The translations under genes and the position numbers were made by a program. Shown in pieces: positions 23,401 through 31,255 of a stretch of DNA of 64,000 bases. Position 1 is the stretch's first letter, and each line of letters opens with the position of its first letter. This DNA is from Caecitellus pseudoparvulus (Eukaryota; Protista; Bigyra: Bicosoecida), in contig CBFFRQ010000035.1 in the NCBI GenBank assembly GCA_965644315.1, positions 1-64,000 on the forward strand. The letters run 5' to 3'. The notes beneath the pieces were generated by a model that searched no databases, was not told the origin of the DNA, and saw only the letters and a program-made list of their open reading frames with translations.

Positions 23401-26400
23401 TGGCGGGACACGTTCGCCCACCCGTCATCGCTGAGCAGCACGAACTCCATGCTGGGTGCTGTTACATCAAAAGCAAAGGCCAATGAACGCCATGTGTTGA
23501 CTGCCGCAGGAAGTAGCTCTTGTGGGGCCGCCCACCCGCCTCTATCGTCCTCGAGGTGCAGGTCTGGAAGCTCCACGTTGATGGCCTTGACGCTGGTGTA
23601 GAACTCTTTCAAGGCCACGCTCAGCACGACGCCGGCAGACGTGATGCCATGTGCGAGTACCTCCAGTGCAAGTTTTGCGTTGGAAACGGAGCACGCAGCG
23701 CGCAATGGGGCCACGTAGGTTTCTGCTAGCACGCCGAGTCCGAAGTAAGGATTGTCTGACAATGTTCTTGGAATTCGATCACCAACCAGAGCCAGTTTAT
23801 CGGTCACGAAACTGGCGGTAGGAGAAGCTTGGAGCATTCTCAATAGTCTTATCATGGGCGGAAGAGGTTGCGAATCCCCGAGAAACGCTGGGAGGCCGCG
23901 CGGGATGAAAGTGGGGTCTGCGCGCCGTGCCTTCGGGTGGTACTGTGTCCACAGCCGGCTTGTAATGCAGGTCTCTTGAATAAGTGGGACTGTCATCGCC
24001 GCTGATTCGCTCCCACTTTCCGCTAGAACGTTGAGGTCTACTCTAGCCCTGTCAAGATCGAAGACAGCATGCACAAACGGCATGGGCATGGGGGCTTCGC
24101 CGTCTTCAGGCGGTCGAAGTGGACTGGCTTCCTGAGGCATGCCTTGCAATCCATGTGCAAGTTCTGGAGCTGATAGCAGCAAGAGTTGGGGCTGTAGGTG
24201 CATCGCAGTCGAGGGCTTCAGAGAGGCTGTGAGTCCCACTGGATGCGGAGCCTGTTCGCATCCCACGGCTGCCGCACCGGACAGCGCAAGGCTGGCAGTG
24301 CAGCAGGAGGCGTCGCTCGCAATGAGAAGGCCCTCGGTTGTACCTGCCAAGCGAAAGGTGAGGTCTTGCCCACTGGCCGAGGCTTCAAAGATTGACGCAT
24401 TGTCGCCCTTGCTGCCCCTGAGTGTGCAACTAACCCCAAACCGTTCAACCTTGGAGTGCTGCACCAAAGCGCAGGGGAAAGCCTTCAAGCCTTCCTGAGC
24501 AAGATGCCACAGAGACTGCCATGCTTGGCGTTTGCTCGTTGTAGTTGAAAGCGCGGCAGATGCAGAGAGTGTGGGAAAAACTTGCTCTAGCCCGCGCCTG
24601 ACGACAGGGTCTGCGAAGGTATTCAGCATGTGCCGCAGCGCGGACCCCGCAAACCTAGCAACGGTGACCAGTCCCTCTTCAAAGACAGTCACTGTCGCAA
24701 GCTGCGCCAGTGACTGGAGGACCAGCACTGTGGCAAGCGGCCGCCCTTGCGCAATTGGCGCAGCAGCACTGCCCTGTCTGCAGAACTGCTGCAATCCTTG
24801 AAGGCCATCGTCAGTTGCGTGAACTGAAAAGGCTGATAAGCTACATGACACGCCTTCGCACGACAGTAGTGGGGGACTTTGGAGAGTTGGGAGATCGTCA
24901 GTGTTCAAGTTGCAGAAATCCAGTGAGTTTGTCGTTCCTCTCGGGTCCGCTGCTTCCTCGCCGAAGCCAACGCGAACGGACCCTGTCTTGAGATTCAAGG
25001 ACATCAAGGGTGGGCTATCTCGCTCATGCCATGCTTGGGGCACGGACCACCAGGCTGCACTGTCAGTGGGGTCGCTGGTTCCGAACGCCTGCCGGGACTT
25101 GGTGGCGACCTGCATCTCCACGGCCCCAGTCGTGACAAGCAGGCAGTCATGCAATGTGCGCGTATCTTCCACAGTCCTATCATGCACGGGTTCAGGAGAA
25201 GAATGCTCGACGCGCATTCCGAGGGCAATCCCTTGAACATCGACTCGCAGAGTGTGCGACTGCAGGCGCGCGCTTCGTTGCTGCCGCAGAAGAGGCTGCG
25301 CTGTGAGGCAGCCTCGGTCGCCGCGTGAGTCGAGAAAAGTGCCGCTCCACACTCTCTGAAAGGCATGAAAACCAGCTGCAGGCGCCTTTGCCAACCTGGC
25401 CGCTCCCCACCGCAGTCCCCGCCGAGTCCACGCGACTGCCGCTGCAAGTGTCTGCAGGGCGCTGCTTGCACCAGGCATCGACGAGATTTCGGCACCAAAG
25501 GCCACAACAGGCCTCAACTTCGCTGCAACTACAATGTTGCCAATGGTTAGTCGCCCATGTGCCTGAGATACCTTGTCAACAGAGGCGTGGTCCTGGAACC
25601 ACTGTGAAGCAAAGCTTGCACCATCTGCCAGCTGAGGGGAAGGCCCACGAACTGGGACAGGTTGAGATTGAACTGTAAAGTGCAGCTGCGTTGCTGGTTG
25701 AGATGAAGGAGGCCAGTCAGATCCATCTGAACTCTCCCCATCCTCGGGAAACTCTGCAGGGTGCACATTTAGGAGGGACACAAATCCATCAGCATAGTCG
25801 CCAAGCAGAAGGTCTTTCTGAATATCACCGGTGGCAGTCGGCTCATAGGCAGTACCAGAGTCGGGCAGAGTGCTTCCCCGTAGCCTGTGCTGAATGCCTG
25901 GGACCCGGTGCACTTGGCGCGGCAGTGCTGCCTCCGCCGGACACACCGCATGGAGGATGGAAGCGGATGTGTCACATGTCCAAAGGCCAGCCTCATCCAA
26001 TGACAACATTGCAGCCAGGCGCCCAACCACAAGTGAGGTAAAGCATGGGCGTGGATCAACCCGCATGCTGGTGACAGCCTCCAGCGCAGGGACGTCCCCT
26101 GGGCGTGACTCGCTGGGGCCGCCAGCAGCAGCTTCTGCAGGAGCAAAATAATCTGCCATGACTGCGCCTATCAGGCCCTGGGGTCGAGCACTGAATGAGC
26201 CTGATGCAGGCGAGCTGTCACGCACATCGGCGGTGTGGCGAAAGTGCACGACGGCAGCCTGCAGGCAGGCTTCAAAGTGCAATGTTGAAGTGCTTGCCAA
26301 TGACCGAGGAGCAAACTCTGCAGGCTGTGCGATCCGGGAGTCGCCACTTTGTCTTCCAGAAGAGGGAGCTCCACCTCGACGTGAACGCTGGCCCTGGGGA

Positions 26401-29090
26401 CCCGCCGCAAGCGCTGCGGCGAGGCGCACCATGTGCCACGCACGCTGTTGAACTGGCCTTTCATCGTCTGGCATGGGCGGCGAGCCTGCAGGCCACCCAC
26501 CCTCTCGTTCACACTGGACAGCACTCCACCAATGCTGCCTCACTTCGAAGACTGGGACGTAGCTGCTCACTGACTTTGTCTGGAGGCCGGGAGCTGACAG
26601 GACACACACTTGACTAGGCTTCACCCCCTGAGCAAAGAGAACTTCAAGGCATTCTGCAAGCATTGGTTCAGCACTTTCTACGCTCTTCCTCGCAGCTCCT
26701 AGCTTCACGGCGAGCCCAGCAGCCCTATTGAACTTGCACCGCTTGTCAGTCATCCACATCTTCATGCGCTTCACTTCCCCAGCGCGAAGAGACAGTTCAG
26801 CAAAGTGTGGTGACAGCAAGTTCAGTGCAACTGCAAAACCTGGCTGGTGAAGGCACCGAGCGACGCCGTGCGGGGAGGCTTTATCTAGCACAAAACTTGC
26901 CGAGGGCGAGCCATCTGACTGCTGACGCGGAGGAGCGCTGGGCAAGGTCGACGAGGAGGCAGGGATACCGCCCTTTGTTTGCAGGGAATACACCATGGCG
27001 GCAGCTTGCATGCGCCAATTGCGCACTTCGTGGAGTGGGACCATCGGGTGGGCCTCCAACCACACAAGCAGCAGCCGCTCAGGGTCTTTGAGCGGCTGCT
27101 CCAGCCAAGTTGCAGCTTGCAGTGCATGCTGGAAGGGATCGTGTTTGGGTACGCTTGGGTCCGCTGACGATAGCTCAGCACGTGGACATCCTGAGAGCAA
27201 CGACGACATGACCCACCACACATCCTCTGTCGCTTGCGCAGGTGGAGGAAGCCCGGCATGGCGAAACAGGTCGGAACTTGAGTATGGCGCAAGGTCGGCC
27301 AATGGTGCCAAGCTATGCGCAGGCCCAAGGCAACCTGCAGCTTGGGCAGTCTTTATCCGCATATGCAGCTTCTCAGTTGAGGCAAGGCGACGGAGGTACA
27401 GGGGAATGTACAATGCCCCGAGATTGGCGGTGAAGCGCGCGATGAAGGTCCGCTGCCTGCACAGCCTGCCCCAGTTGCACAGGCCCCGCACCACGCGCTG
27501 CCGGAGCGAAGGGCCAGGAGACCTTGCTAATTGTAGCGTGCTTGGGCCGGTCGCCCACTGACGACTGGCTTGCTGTGCTGCTAAGAACCCAAGCCAACCG
27601 CGGGCTACGCCAAGCAGGGCGCCTGCATCTGCCCCTGACATGTTCACGACGGTCCTTGAAAGCTGGGAGACAGCGTGAATACCCCGCACCGTATGTGTAG
27701 AAGGAACAGCAGAGTCATGGGCGGTGCCAGGGGCCCCGTCAGCGGTGTTGGCAGGTTGCGTGGTACTGTCGCTTTGCGGGCTCCGGTGCACAACTGAGGA
27801 TACCGGCGAAGCCTCCTCAGAGGTGGAGATGGAAATCGTCATGCACAAAAAGTCTATGGGCTCTACGAGGAACGTCCCAGGCCACAAGTCCCTGATGGCT
27901 GCAACCCGGTGCGTCGGCTGGAACCAAGCTGGCCAAGCCTCCGGCCTCCTGCTGCTCTCTGGTGCCCCGGCTGTTGCGCTGTGCTGCTTCGGAGGCTGCA
28001 GCAACACCTGCACTGCACGATATATTCGTTTTGCCGCGCGCATGGGTCCCCCAGCAGTGCTGGGGGACGGAGGGCGCTCCTCCGCAGGGGCTTGCCCCAG
28101 GTCCTCGTGCAGTTGAAACACTTGCGTGAGTGGAGAGAGGTCAGATCGTAGGTCCCACTGAGAGCCTTCAGGCATGGGAAGTGCCCTTCGGGGAACGGAT
28201 CCATTCACCGCCTGTGTGAAATGGTGTGGACGCAACATGGAGAGCAGCAGTGCTCCAGCAGGGGGGCGCGGCAAGGCAAAGCGACGCGGAGATCCTGGTG
28301 CGGAAGCTGCCGTCGCGCTGCCCGGGTGCGGAGCTGCTGAGCTCTGCGCTCGGCGACTCGGAATGATGAGGGGCGGGGAGGCTGGATCCTCCTGCCCACC
28401 CGTGGCCTCCCGGTGCACGTAAATGCAGGGCTCTGACATGCACAGCACTCTTCGATGAAGCGCCTCAGGCACGCGGGCGGTAGCCGTTGGTCCATCGCTG
28501 CCAGCGGCGCCCTGCGCAGCCGCCTTGGCAGAAGAAGCCATGCTCAATGGCACCCCCGCGCTCGTGGCAGCGTCGAAGAGCAGGAAGGGCACGACGAGGC
28601 CAAGCTGCACACCGTCCCCGTGCACGTACCGGACGTGTGTGCGGGATACCTGTACACGCATGGTCTTCGCAGAGCTCTGCGCGGCTGCCGTGAAGGCTGA
28701 CGTGGACTTGAGTACGAGCTTCTTGAGCAGGTGAGCTACCCTGTGCTGCAGCTCATCAGCGGCGAGGTGGAGGCTCTTTGACAGGCTCGCGGCGGCAGCT
28801 GCGTCGCTTGTGGCGGGCGCCACCACGAGAAAGACGCCGTCAATGTCCACGGTCACTTGTGTACCGAAGAGGGACATGTGTTTCAAGTTCACTGTCACTG
28901 AGCTGATCTCGGAGCAGAGGATGTCCAGCGGGATTCCAAGCTGCGCGAGTGCTTGCCGCTTCAGCTGCAGCTTGGACAGCGTGAAGCGACGCTTGACTGG
29001 CTCCACTTTGACCTTCTTGGACGTGAAGTTCAACAGAAAGTCCCCAGCAGCGTCAAGCACCATGTCCGCAACAATGCTTTGGAAGTCCAT
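14499..29090 (-). CDS. VPS13: VPS13-family (chorein) bridge-like lipid transfer protein, divergent, 4863 aa
   Basis: Chorein_N-like start (FQSIVADMV..GDFLLNF..LSKLQLKRQALAQLGIPLDI..ISSVTV). Repeated VAB-like units (VRLVNH, PHVVMNALP, PVVLQNATG, PRFVLKNSS, FLVDNRS). C-terminal HYTTQL..IDVLGRP..PLAG Gly-rich helices. Confidence 0.85.
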   Translation of the reverse strand: MDFQSIVADMVLDAAGDFLLNFTSKKVKVEPVKRRFTLSKLQLKRQALAQLGIPLDILCSEISSVTVNLKHMSLFGTQVTVDIDGVFLVVAPATSDAAAAASLSKSLHLAADELQHRVAHLLKKLVLKSTSAFTAAAQSSAKTMRVQVSRTHVRYVHGDGVQLGLVVPFLLFDAATSAGVPLSMASSAKAAAQGAAGSDGPTATARVPEALHRRVLCMSEPCIYVHREATGGQEDPASPPLIIPSRRAQSSAAPHPGSATAASAPGSPRRFALPRPPAGALLLSMLRPHHFTQAVNGSVPRRALPMPEGSQWDLRSDLSPLTQVFQLHEDLGQAPAEERPPSPSTAGGPMRAAKRIYRAVQVLLQPPKQHSATAGAPESSRRPEAWPAWFQPTHRVAAIRDLWPGTFLVEPIDFLCMTISISTSEEASPVSSVVHRSPQSDSTTQPANTADGAPGTAHDSAVPSTHTVRGIHAVSQLSRTVVNMSGADAGALLGVARGWLGFLAAQQASRQWATGPSTLQLARSPGPSLRQRVVRGLCNWGRLCRQRTFIARFTANLGALYIPLYLRRLASTEKLHMRIKTAQAAGCLGPAHSLAPLADLAPYSSSDLFRHAGLPPPAQATEDVWWVMSSLLSGCPRAELSSADPSVPKHDPFQHALQAATWLEQPLKDPERLLLVWLEAHPMVPLHEVRNWRMQAAAMVYSLQTKGGIPASSSTLPSAPPRQQSDGSPSASFVLDKASPHGVARCLHQPGFAVALNLLSPHFAELSLRAGEVKRMKMWMTDKRCKFNRAAGLAVKLGAARKSVESAEPMLAECLEVLFAQGVKPSQVCVLSAPGLQTKSVSSYVPVFEVRQHWWSAVQCEREGGWPAGSPPMPDDERPVQQRAWHMVRLAAALAAGPQGQRSRRGGAPSSGRQSGDSRIAQPAEFAPRSLASTSTLHFEACLQAAVVHFRHTADVRDSSPASGSFSARPQGLIGAVMADYFAPAEAAAGGPSESRPGDVPALEAVTSMRVDPRPCFTSLVVGRLAAMLSLDEAGLWTCDTSASILHAVCPAEAALPRQVHRVPGIQHRLRGSTLPDSGTAYEPTATGDIQKDLLLGDYADGFVSLLNVHPAEFPEDGESSDGSDWPPSSQPATQLHFTVQSQPVPVRGPSPQLADGASFASQWFQDHASVDKVSQAHGRLTIGNIVVAAKLRPVVAFGAEISSMPGASSALQTLAAAVAWTRRGLRWGAARLAKAPAAGFHAFQRVWSGTFLDSRGDRGCLTAQPLLRQQRSARLQSHTLRVDVQGIALGMRVEHSSPEPVHDRTVEDTRTLHDCLLVTTGAVEMQVATKSRQAFGTSDPTDSAAWWSVPQAWHERDSPPLMSLNLKTGSVRVGFGEEAADPRGTTNSLDFCNLNTDDLPTLQSPPLLSCEGVSCSLSAFSVHATDDGLQGLQQFCRQGSAAAPIAQGRPLATVLVLQSLAQLATVTVFEEGLVTVARFAGSALRHMLNTFADPVVRRGLEQVFPTLSASAALSTTTSKRQAWQSLWHLAQEGLKAFPCALVQHSKVERFGVSCTLRGSKGDNASIFEASASGQDLTFRLAGTTEGLLIASDASCCTASLALSGAAAVGCEQAPHPVGLTASLKPSTAMHLQPQLLLLSAPELAHGLQGMPQEASPLRPPEDGEAPMPMPFVHAVFDLDRARVDLNVLAESGSESAAMTVPLIQETCITSRLWTQYHPKARRADPTFIPRGLPAFLGDSQPLPPMIRLLRMLQASPTASFVTDKLALVGDRIPRTLSDNPYFGLGVLAETYVAPLRAACSVSNAKLALEVLAHGITSAGVVLSVALKEFYTSVKAINVELPDLHLEDDRGGWAAPQELLPAAVNTWRSLAFAFDVTAPSMEFVLLSDDGWANVSRQLLLSRVSHVELRGQYGASAEAGQVPVLRGACTVASQVLAGADAHWTPLLDPCAMTVDISYSSSLDDAAASPDLQLNVAVAFPSLVAVTLTPTVVLRGADAARSLLSLVRSVPGLLARAHGAFATMLQPPPPSAVPRTKGTQLHAIQTGFEPFFFVNALGVDMYYFHQNPRLRADKVLVQGGFHPASHGGGAAAAPHLTTLLACEPHPQPLRFSIADATSLQHQESLQGHKLQRQTLDVWSKLSLGDTHSDRADRSFGADVGLDVSPADAILQNEASLHLRIPGYVDMQRSFEDVGMRLGAARPTVSSQMPKASFLWQVQRVGEAKVLVAASLVRLVNHCPDDLPVHVQVPGRAEPLSFLAPSLSILPLPFMCATATLNASFGLGAQSGTSWHVSVPAHGASPGFLASVHTKDSLGGHLNVFLVQKPCGQQIVKELHVLPPHVVMNALPTPLDVQVQTSEGSTPAFSVTLGPGGSTCLPSARPVQEGGVGHVVRIRLPGSEWSPWRRFRVKAAGAAVDGELDASGVAPNLVQPGAAEETLTRMVSETLEVHVDRQSAPEAPSSSAVAHLLLQRWQRLPAGCSRIPQVEGSPGMSTVMVVAAPVVLQNATGRAVEVATAWPDDISIAREALQAPAHSADEAIALLCDMAAQTRLVLQAHGPGSMGIFTPLRFSRLQEAAAAQVPFFAGPVDHAVAKWMGTHTGATCARFRCKSASGTAAWTLSPEGQGQHVTASLYERPAALPAASVDLANVSEQLVTLPLEAGGGLLPVVVHSCSVPAGARTYLSSLCAALQHRVMLSPRFVLKNSSTHSLLIAQAGSASLPDTFSVEDVASHGWLLLRPREAEPLAWHDADGPQALQLAVVAPSSQAGDSWTCLTAWSAAALLANLEKVSIAAPSRRAGQRDAVLSIQRYSAVWDAMGQLRLRDPVSHSNVSTAEQALSGSGSQSWLLSLGVDVAPRDQSMRLDVSSLSSTTFLVDNRSSDTFLLRQLLPAALASCAGADFPALEALAASPLSSSAAMFSTVACHPAEAAAKQDGKVWACGTRFGLASTLCVVTPGRHAFALPLSIPGQPAIVSLGHEADPEMAVLDLTDAHSLATLLLPPTHPRTAGLAALSTPSSLTDSMRFGEPLLVRNFYTHQSLTWASPAQTGVTVRAPGSDGPGTLELKQPLRCNAVALAAKAVHSEPKDFSSAPKPALPAAPAPGPAVFGSCGASRCFFVALTEDDVAGMDLHSVHLAAQAERPVVVQYGCPLLVCSLAHAPRDASKGLDQWPSLQQTVMVLKSKRNGEVHWVPLPLPLRHCVEQAGMIPATDMTSASRTSASFSMQQLKDAAKCIMVLSGGDARSPLRVHRPNAGGPLVSEPFACHPAYFARRVLHVPFEGASESANPPLQCTAEPASLAPDLEPQLPQGGFWGTPSWADDGPVANTPVMPAEEVQSSAEALFQGAGVPVHESLVGAPSGCVFYARKSMQPQLPERIVIARSGLDACVHSLVIDTVTEDDFSQHIEGSAVAHSPPVAPPLAPVTVAVDVFAPAVQVGVLSLSSQELLRVQAAGIRGGVKVEVPTLLSLLPIDWLLAAVGSWTGSLAEKLQNTLRKALLLGQRSHGAGDSSGGPASPNAGSSFLRFKPAQTWLKLLLGLLRPMLFSMCRQLPRATRASLLHHLQAPHMPGGAADQEGQLWRALQLVRRAPFLTPSIAQVEVRASVADIRVTDQHPEAGFVTVLRRSKPSQAPQDAAASLRANVHYHAASVGSGGSLASSKHVLHVPELSVSLAPLTVQVDGTLLSQLAADFVLPVGLALAGLLSASERKGHMEASDGRGGNAAAHMAWWKAPLQPTPHVKDDGPANLRRVHIDTLSVAAIEYVLTFRRGTERSAESVLAEVRGVLDSLGLPESGAEVRGWAEIGAAGSEEVQTSLGQALLGMLRQSAASAGLAFAPLTATLGALLTTASSVSQAHMALHPLHASGFMTLSSITKACLRHYTTQLVLSMHNVLLNIDVLGRPVHVLRRVAHGTSQLALMPLAGLRAQSVMGTLQGLLGGSASFAGGVVSGVGTAAAAVSSSLGHGVSALTFDREFQSQRTASLRKHMEETQDFQAWLEATSSPRDSHAAAIARVWTLHQLEWLRRHAQPLTLLQPGFEVQGTPESEPGQEDTASVASSASYFALPSLEEGGLQQAPSATLPSGEAQHQLELLKRYAVASSHIAPLPSKALVLLASFVENHPATKSAFSVAVVEVQAMETSSLAFLHEAEEDARPSSTKLLGVIERPSTSSAPLLSGVLHGVAGISQSIVSGAAGVVLQPVRGYRAAAGVSGVVSGLARGVVGMVALPAVGVLDALHSVGEGIVAVGDGRWVAASRKMLAEQQRRGTLERALRTTSVSITRSTASSNHGWAGKEGLLSEMELSLLFRARQQFEQDRVQLGMLLYRHAAWLWLLKMQPPRLTWGHSPPRPLSLQPEHALVLWAMRVAADGIPAGIPVSVGHSVWRRLMPALLPATAWRRSQSKKDTKVLRKVKAKDSASPDPRVPASISDAVQACAADLGLVKPSLREELPVPSLVSAAWQHVSMDDAAHSILQGNLHASAEYLKSSPSRHDSGSFTCSARHQWHLILPQTAGSVGDPFEFARSACTEGTGEAFSGAAADVTSEARLDCTPPDVASLALPLLRLLVGTDTHIMLVEYGPLWQVLASPACTLQKRTQHDANMPVMMICWKLPLPSARSASVFRRRLEECMGHALSDFTQTARAEGPELPPTCRLSAPCPFPLSITPQALLPHADDPRPPATLLACASNLLHSGQGALQTLLSEGGLGAREALVDIYFTGDDHTRAALMDHSNFAEAAVFLAALSPALAPQDAAALLAASFDKLNRSLHAAVRTSSGKADARLDSDALWPAQLLLLAQACPQDQMTTATVLIALQQGKYLGKALAAHHAGICSSGQAETVETSATALITHGARNLATASSMLTAPAPGGGGAAE

Positions 29091-29342
29091 GGCGCTGCAA
29101 AGCGGGGGTGGTGCCCTCCAAGCAGTTGGCGAGGGTGTGTTTCACCCACGTTTCGTAGCCAGTGATCCGTGCGCCACCCTTGCCCGCTTGCTCATGGCAA
29201 AGCAGCTTGCAGCAAGTATCAAGTCTGTCGTAATCTCACTGCGAAAGTTGTACAGCTGTGTGCATTTTGACCGGCTGCCGGCCTGAGACCTGCCGCACTG
29301 CTCCAGAGCCGCCACCAAAACACGCAAGACAGGCAGAGTGCT

Positions 29343-30939
29343 CTATTTGCAGCTGCCAGCACCAGCACTGTCCAGAGCGCCCAGCAGCTGAGAGCCGATG
29401 CTCTGCAGCAGGGTCGACTCTTTTGTGGGCACCGCGGACCCTTCAAGGAGGACCTGGCCCTCCTCTTTCAGCCATGTCACGCCGACATGTCCACCGCGAG
29501 CACTGGCCTGGTACGCATGCAGTCGCGTGTGACTGCCGCCAAAGTGGTCAATCCACAAGGGTCCAAGAGCACAGTGGGCACTGCCGGTGACAGGGTCCTC
29601 CGGGACCCCGCACCGAGGGCCGAAGAAGCGGGACTGAAAATGCACTGGCTGCTGCAGCACATCTTCTGACGCCTCTCCTGCGGGCTGCTCCCCCTGGCTG
29701 GTCACAATGACCCCTCTGGCTGGAATGCGGGCTATGCTGGCCATGTTGATGGAGGAGGTGGCGGGCAACGCCTGGAAGGCGTCGGGTGAGACTTGCGCGA
29801 TGACGTCTCCCAGCCCTGGCGTGGTGAACCACTGCACACCAGGCTCCACAGGCACGCCGGTCGCTTCTTCGAGCAAGGCACTCCAGGCAGCCGCATCTTC
29901 TGGTTTCGCTGGCTGGGGGGGAACTGCGGGGAACTGCATGCTCAAGGCGCCAGAGGGCTTGCGGGTGACAACCAGCTTCCCCGCAGCAGAGGTCATCGCC
30001 ACGCTGGTCGCAGTGTGGGGAAGGTATCCGAAGTGCCACAAGGCAGCTGCACTGGCCAATGTCGCATGTCCACACATGCCCACTTCTGTTGCTGGCGTGA
30101 ACCAGCGCAGAGTCCAGGCGCCAGGCTCAGACGCATCCCGCTGCAAGAATGCCGTCTCTGACAGGTTGTTCTCGGCTGCCAAGGCTTGCATGCACTTGGT
30201 CAGTGCGTCTGCAGGGTTTAGCTCAGATGGGAGGCTGCCGTGGCCTGGCAGCAACACGACTGCTGCTGGGTTCCCTGCAAACGGCGTGGAGGTGAACGCG
30301 TCCACCGTGTACTGCTGCACGCGCGAGAACTGTGGCCCCAGCGTCAACTGCATGTCATTCCACTGCTCCGCGCCATGGTCCACATCGGACGCCCCGCACA
30401 TGGCAAAGCCACAGCGGGCGTACAAGCCCACGTTCCACTCCTTCGCAAGCAGCGCCATGCGGGTCAGCTCAGGGTGTGAGCTGCACACGTTGCGAATGTA
30501 CTGCTTCACAGCCCAGTTGGCTACACCCATCTTGCGGCGATTTGGCGCAGTGACGACAGAGTGGATGCACAGCACCTGCCCCCCAGCCACGTGCTGTGAC
30601 ATGGACTCCTCCTCTGTGCAGAGCCAGTCCAGGCTGAGAGTCAAGCACCACCTTGTATCCATGGGCAGGGCGTCTGAACGCCATTGACCACTCACCTAGC
30701 CTATCCTTGTCTGTGGTGGTACCGCACACATATGCAACGATGTCGCCCTGAGCATCAGGTGCCACGTAAAAGAAGTCTCGAGCAACTTCGCTGCGGAATT
30801 TCAACATGCTGGCGCTCGCTGCCTCATCCTCCGGGTAAGACTCAGCTTCCAGAGCTTGTACCGCAGCCAGATCCTTCTCCTCGATGAGTCTAAAGTCCAG
30901 GGCATTGGGGAACCAAGCATCCTCACTGCTTGCCGCCAT
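29343..30939 (-). CDS. Fusion of a PAA1/AANAT-like GNAT acetyltransferase and a PhzF/PBLD-family isomerase; exons 30939-30696, 30613-29343 (504 aa)
   Basis: GNAT: LEAESYPEDEAAS..ESMSQH..LCIHSVVTAPNRRKMGVA..LYARCGF. PhzF: VDAFTSTPFAGNPAAV, NLSETAF, LRWFTPATEVGMCGHATLA, EDPVTGSAHCALG. Intron 30614-30695 (GTGAGT..ACAG). Confidence 0.9.
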
Positions 30940-31255
30940 GATTGAGCTCGCGGAGGAAGCTGGTTTGCTTGGCTAACCTAGTAAACTCGCAGTGGCAGCT
31001 CTCTCCCTGGTCGAAGACGCAAGTGAATCAGCCCAAGAATAGTGTCAGGAATGCTGAAATTTAACTTGAGCCCAGTGTCGCGGCTGCTGCCGCCCGAGCG
31101 GCGTCCAGGCGCTGAGCAGGTTGCTGGCCAAGCTCAGCGTCCAAGCACCTCATGACTTGCCCATTGCCAAAACAAAACCGGTGGATCTGAACACTTCAGG
31201 CTCTGCCCATGGTCTGGTTGAAGTTTGTATTGCTTTTTCCTAGAAGCTCCGAGGC

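Noticed and set aside
29343-30310. PhzF as evidence of a phenazine biosynthesis cluster or bacterial contamination
   Set aside because: No other phz genes nearby, the gene has a spliceosomal intron, and PhzF-like proteins are widespread in eukaryotes.
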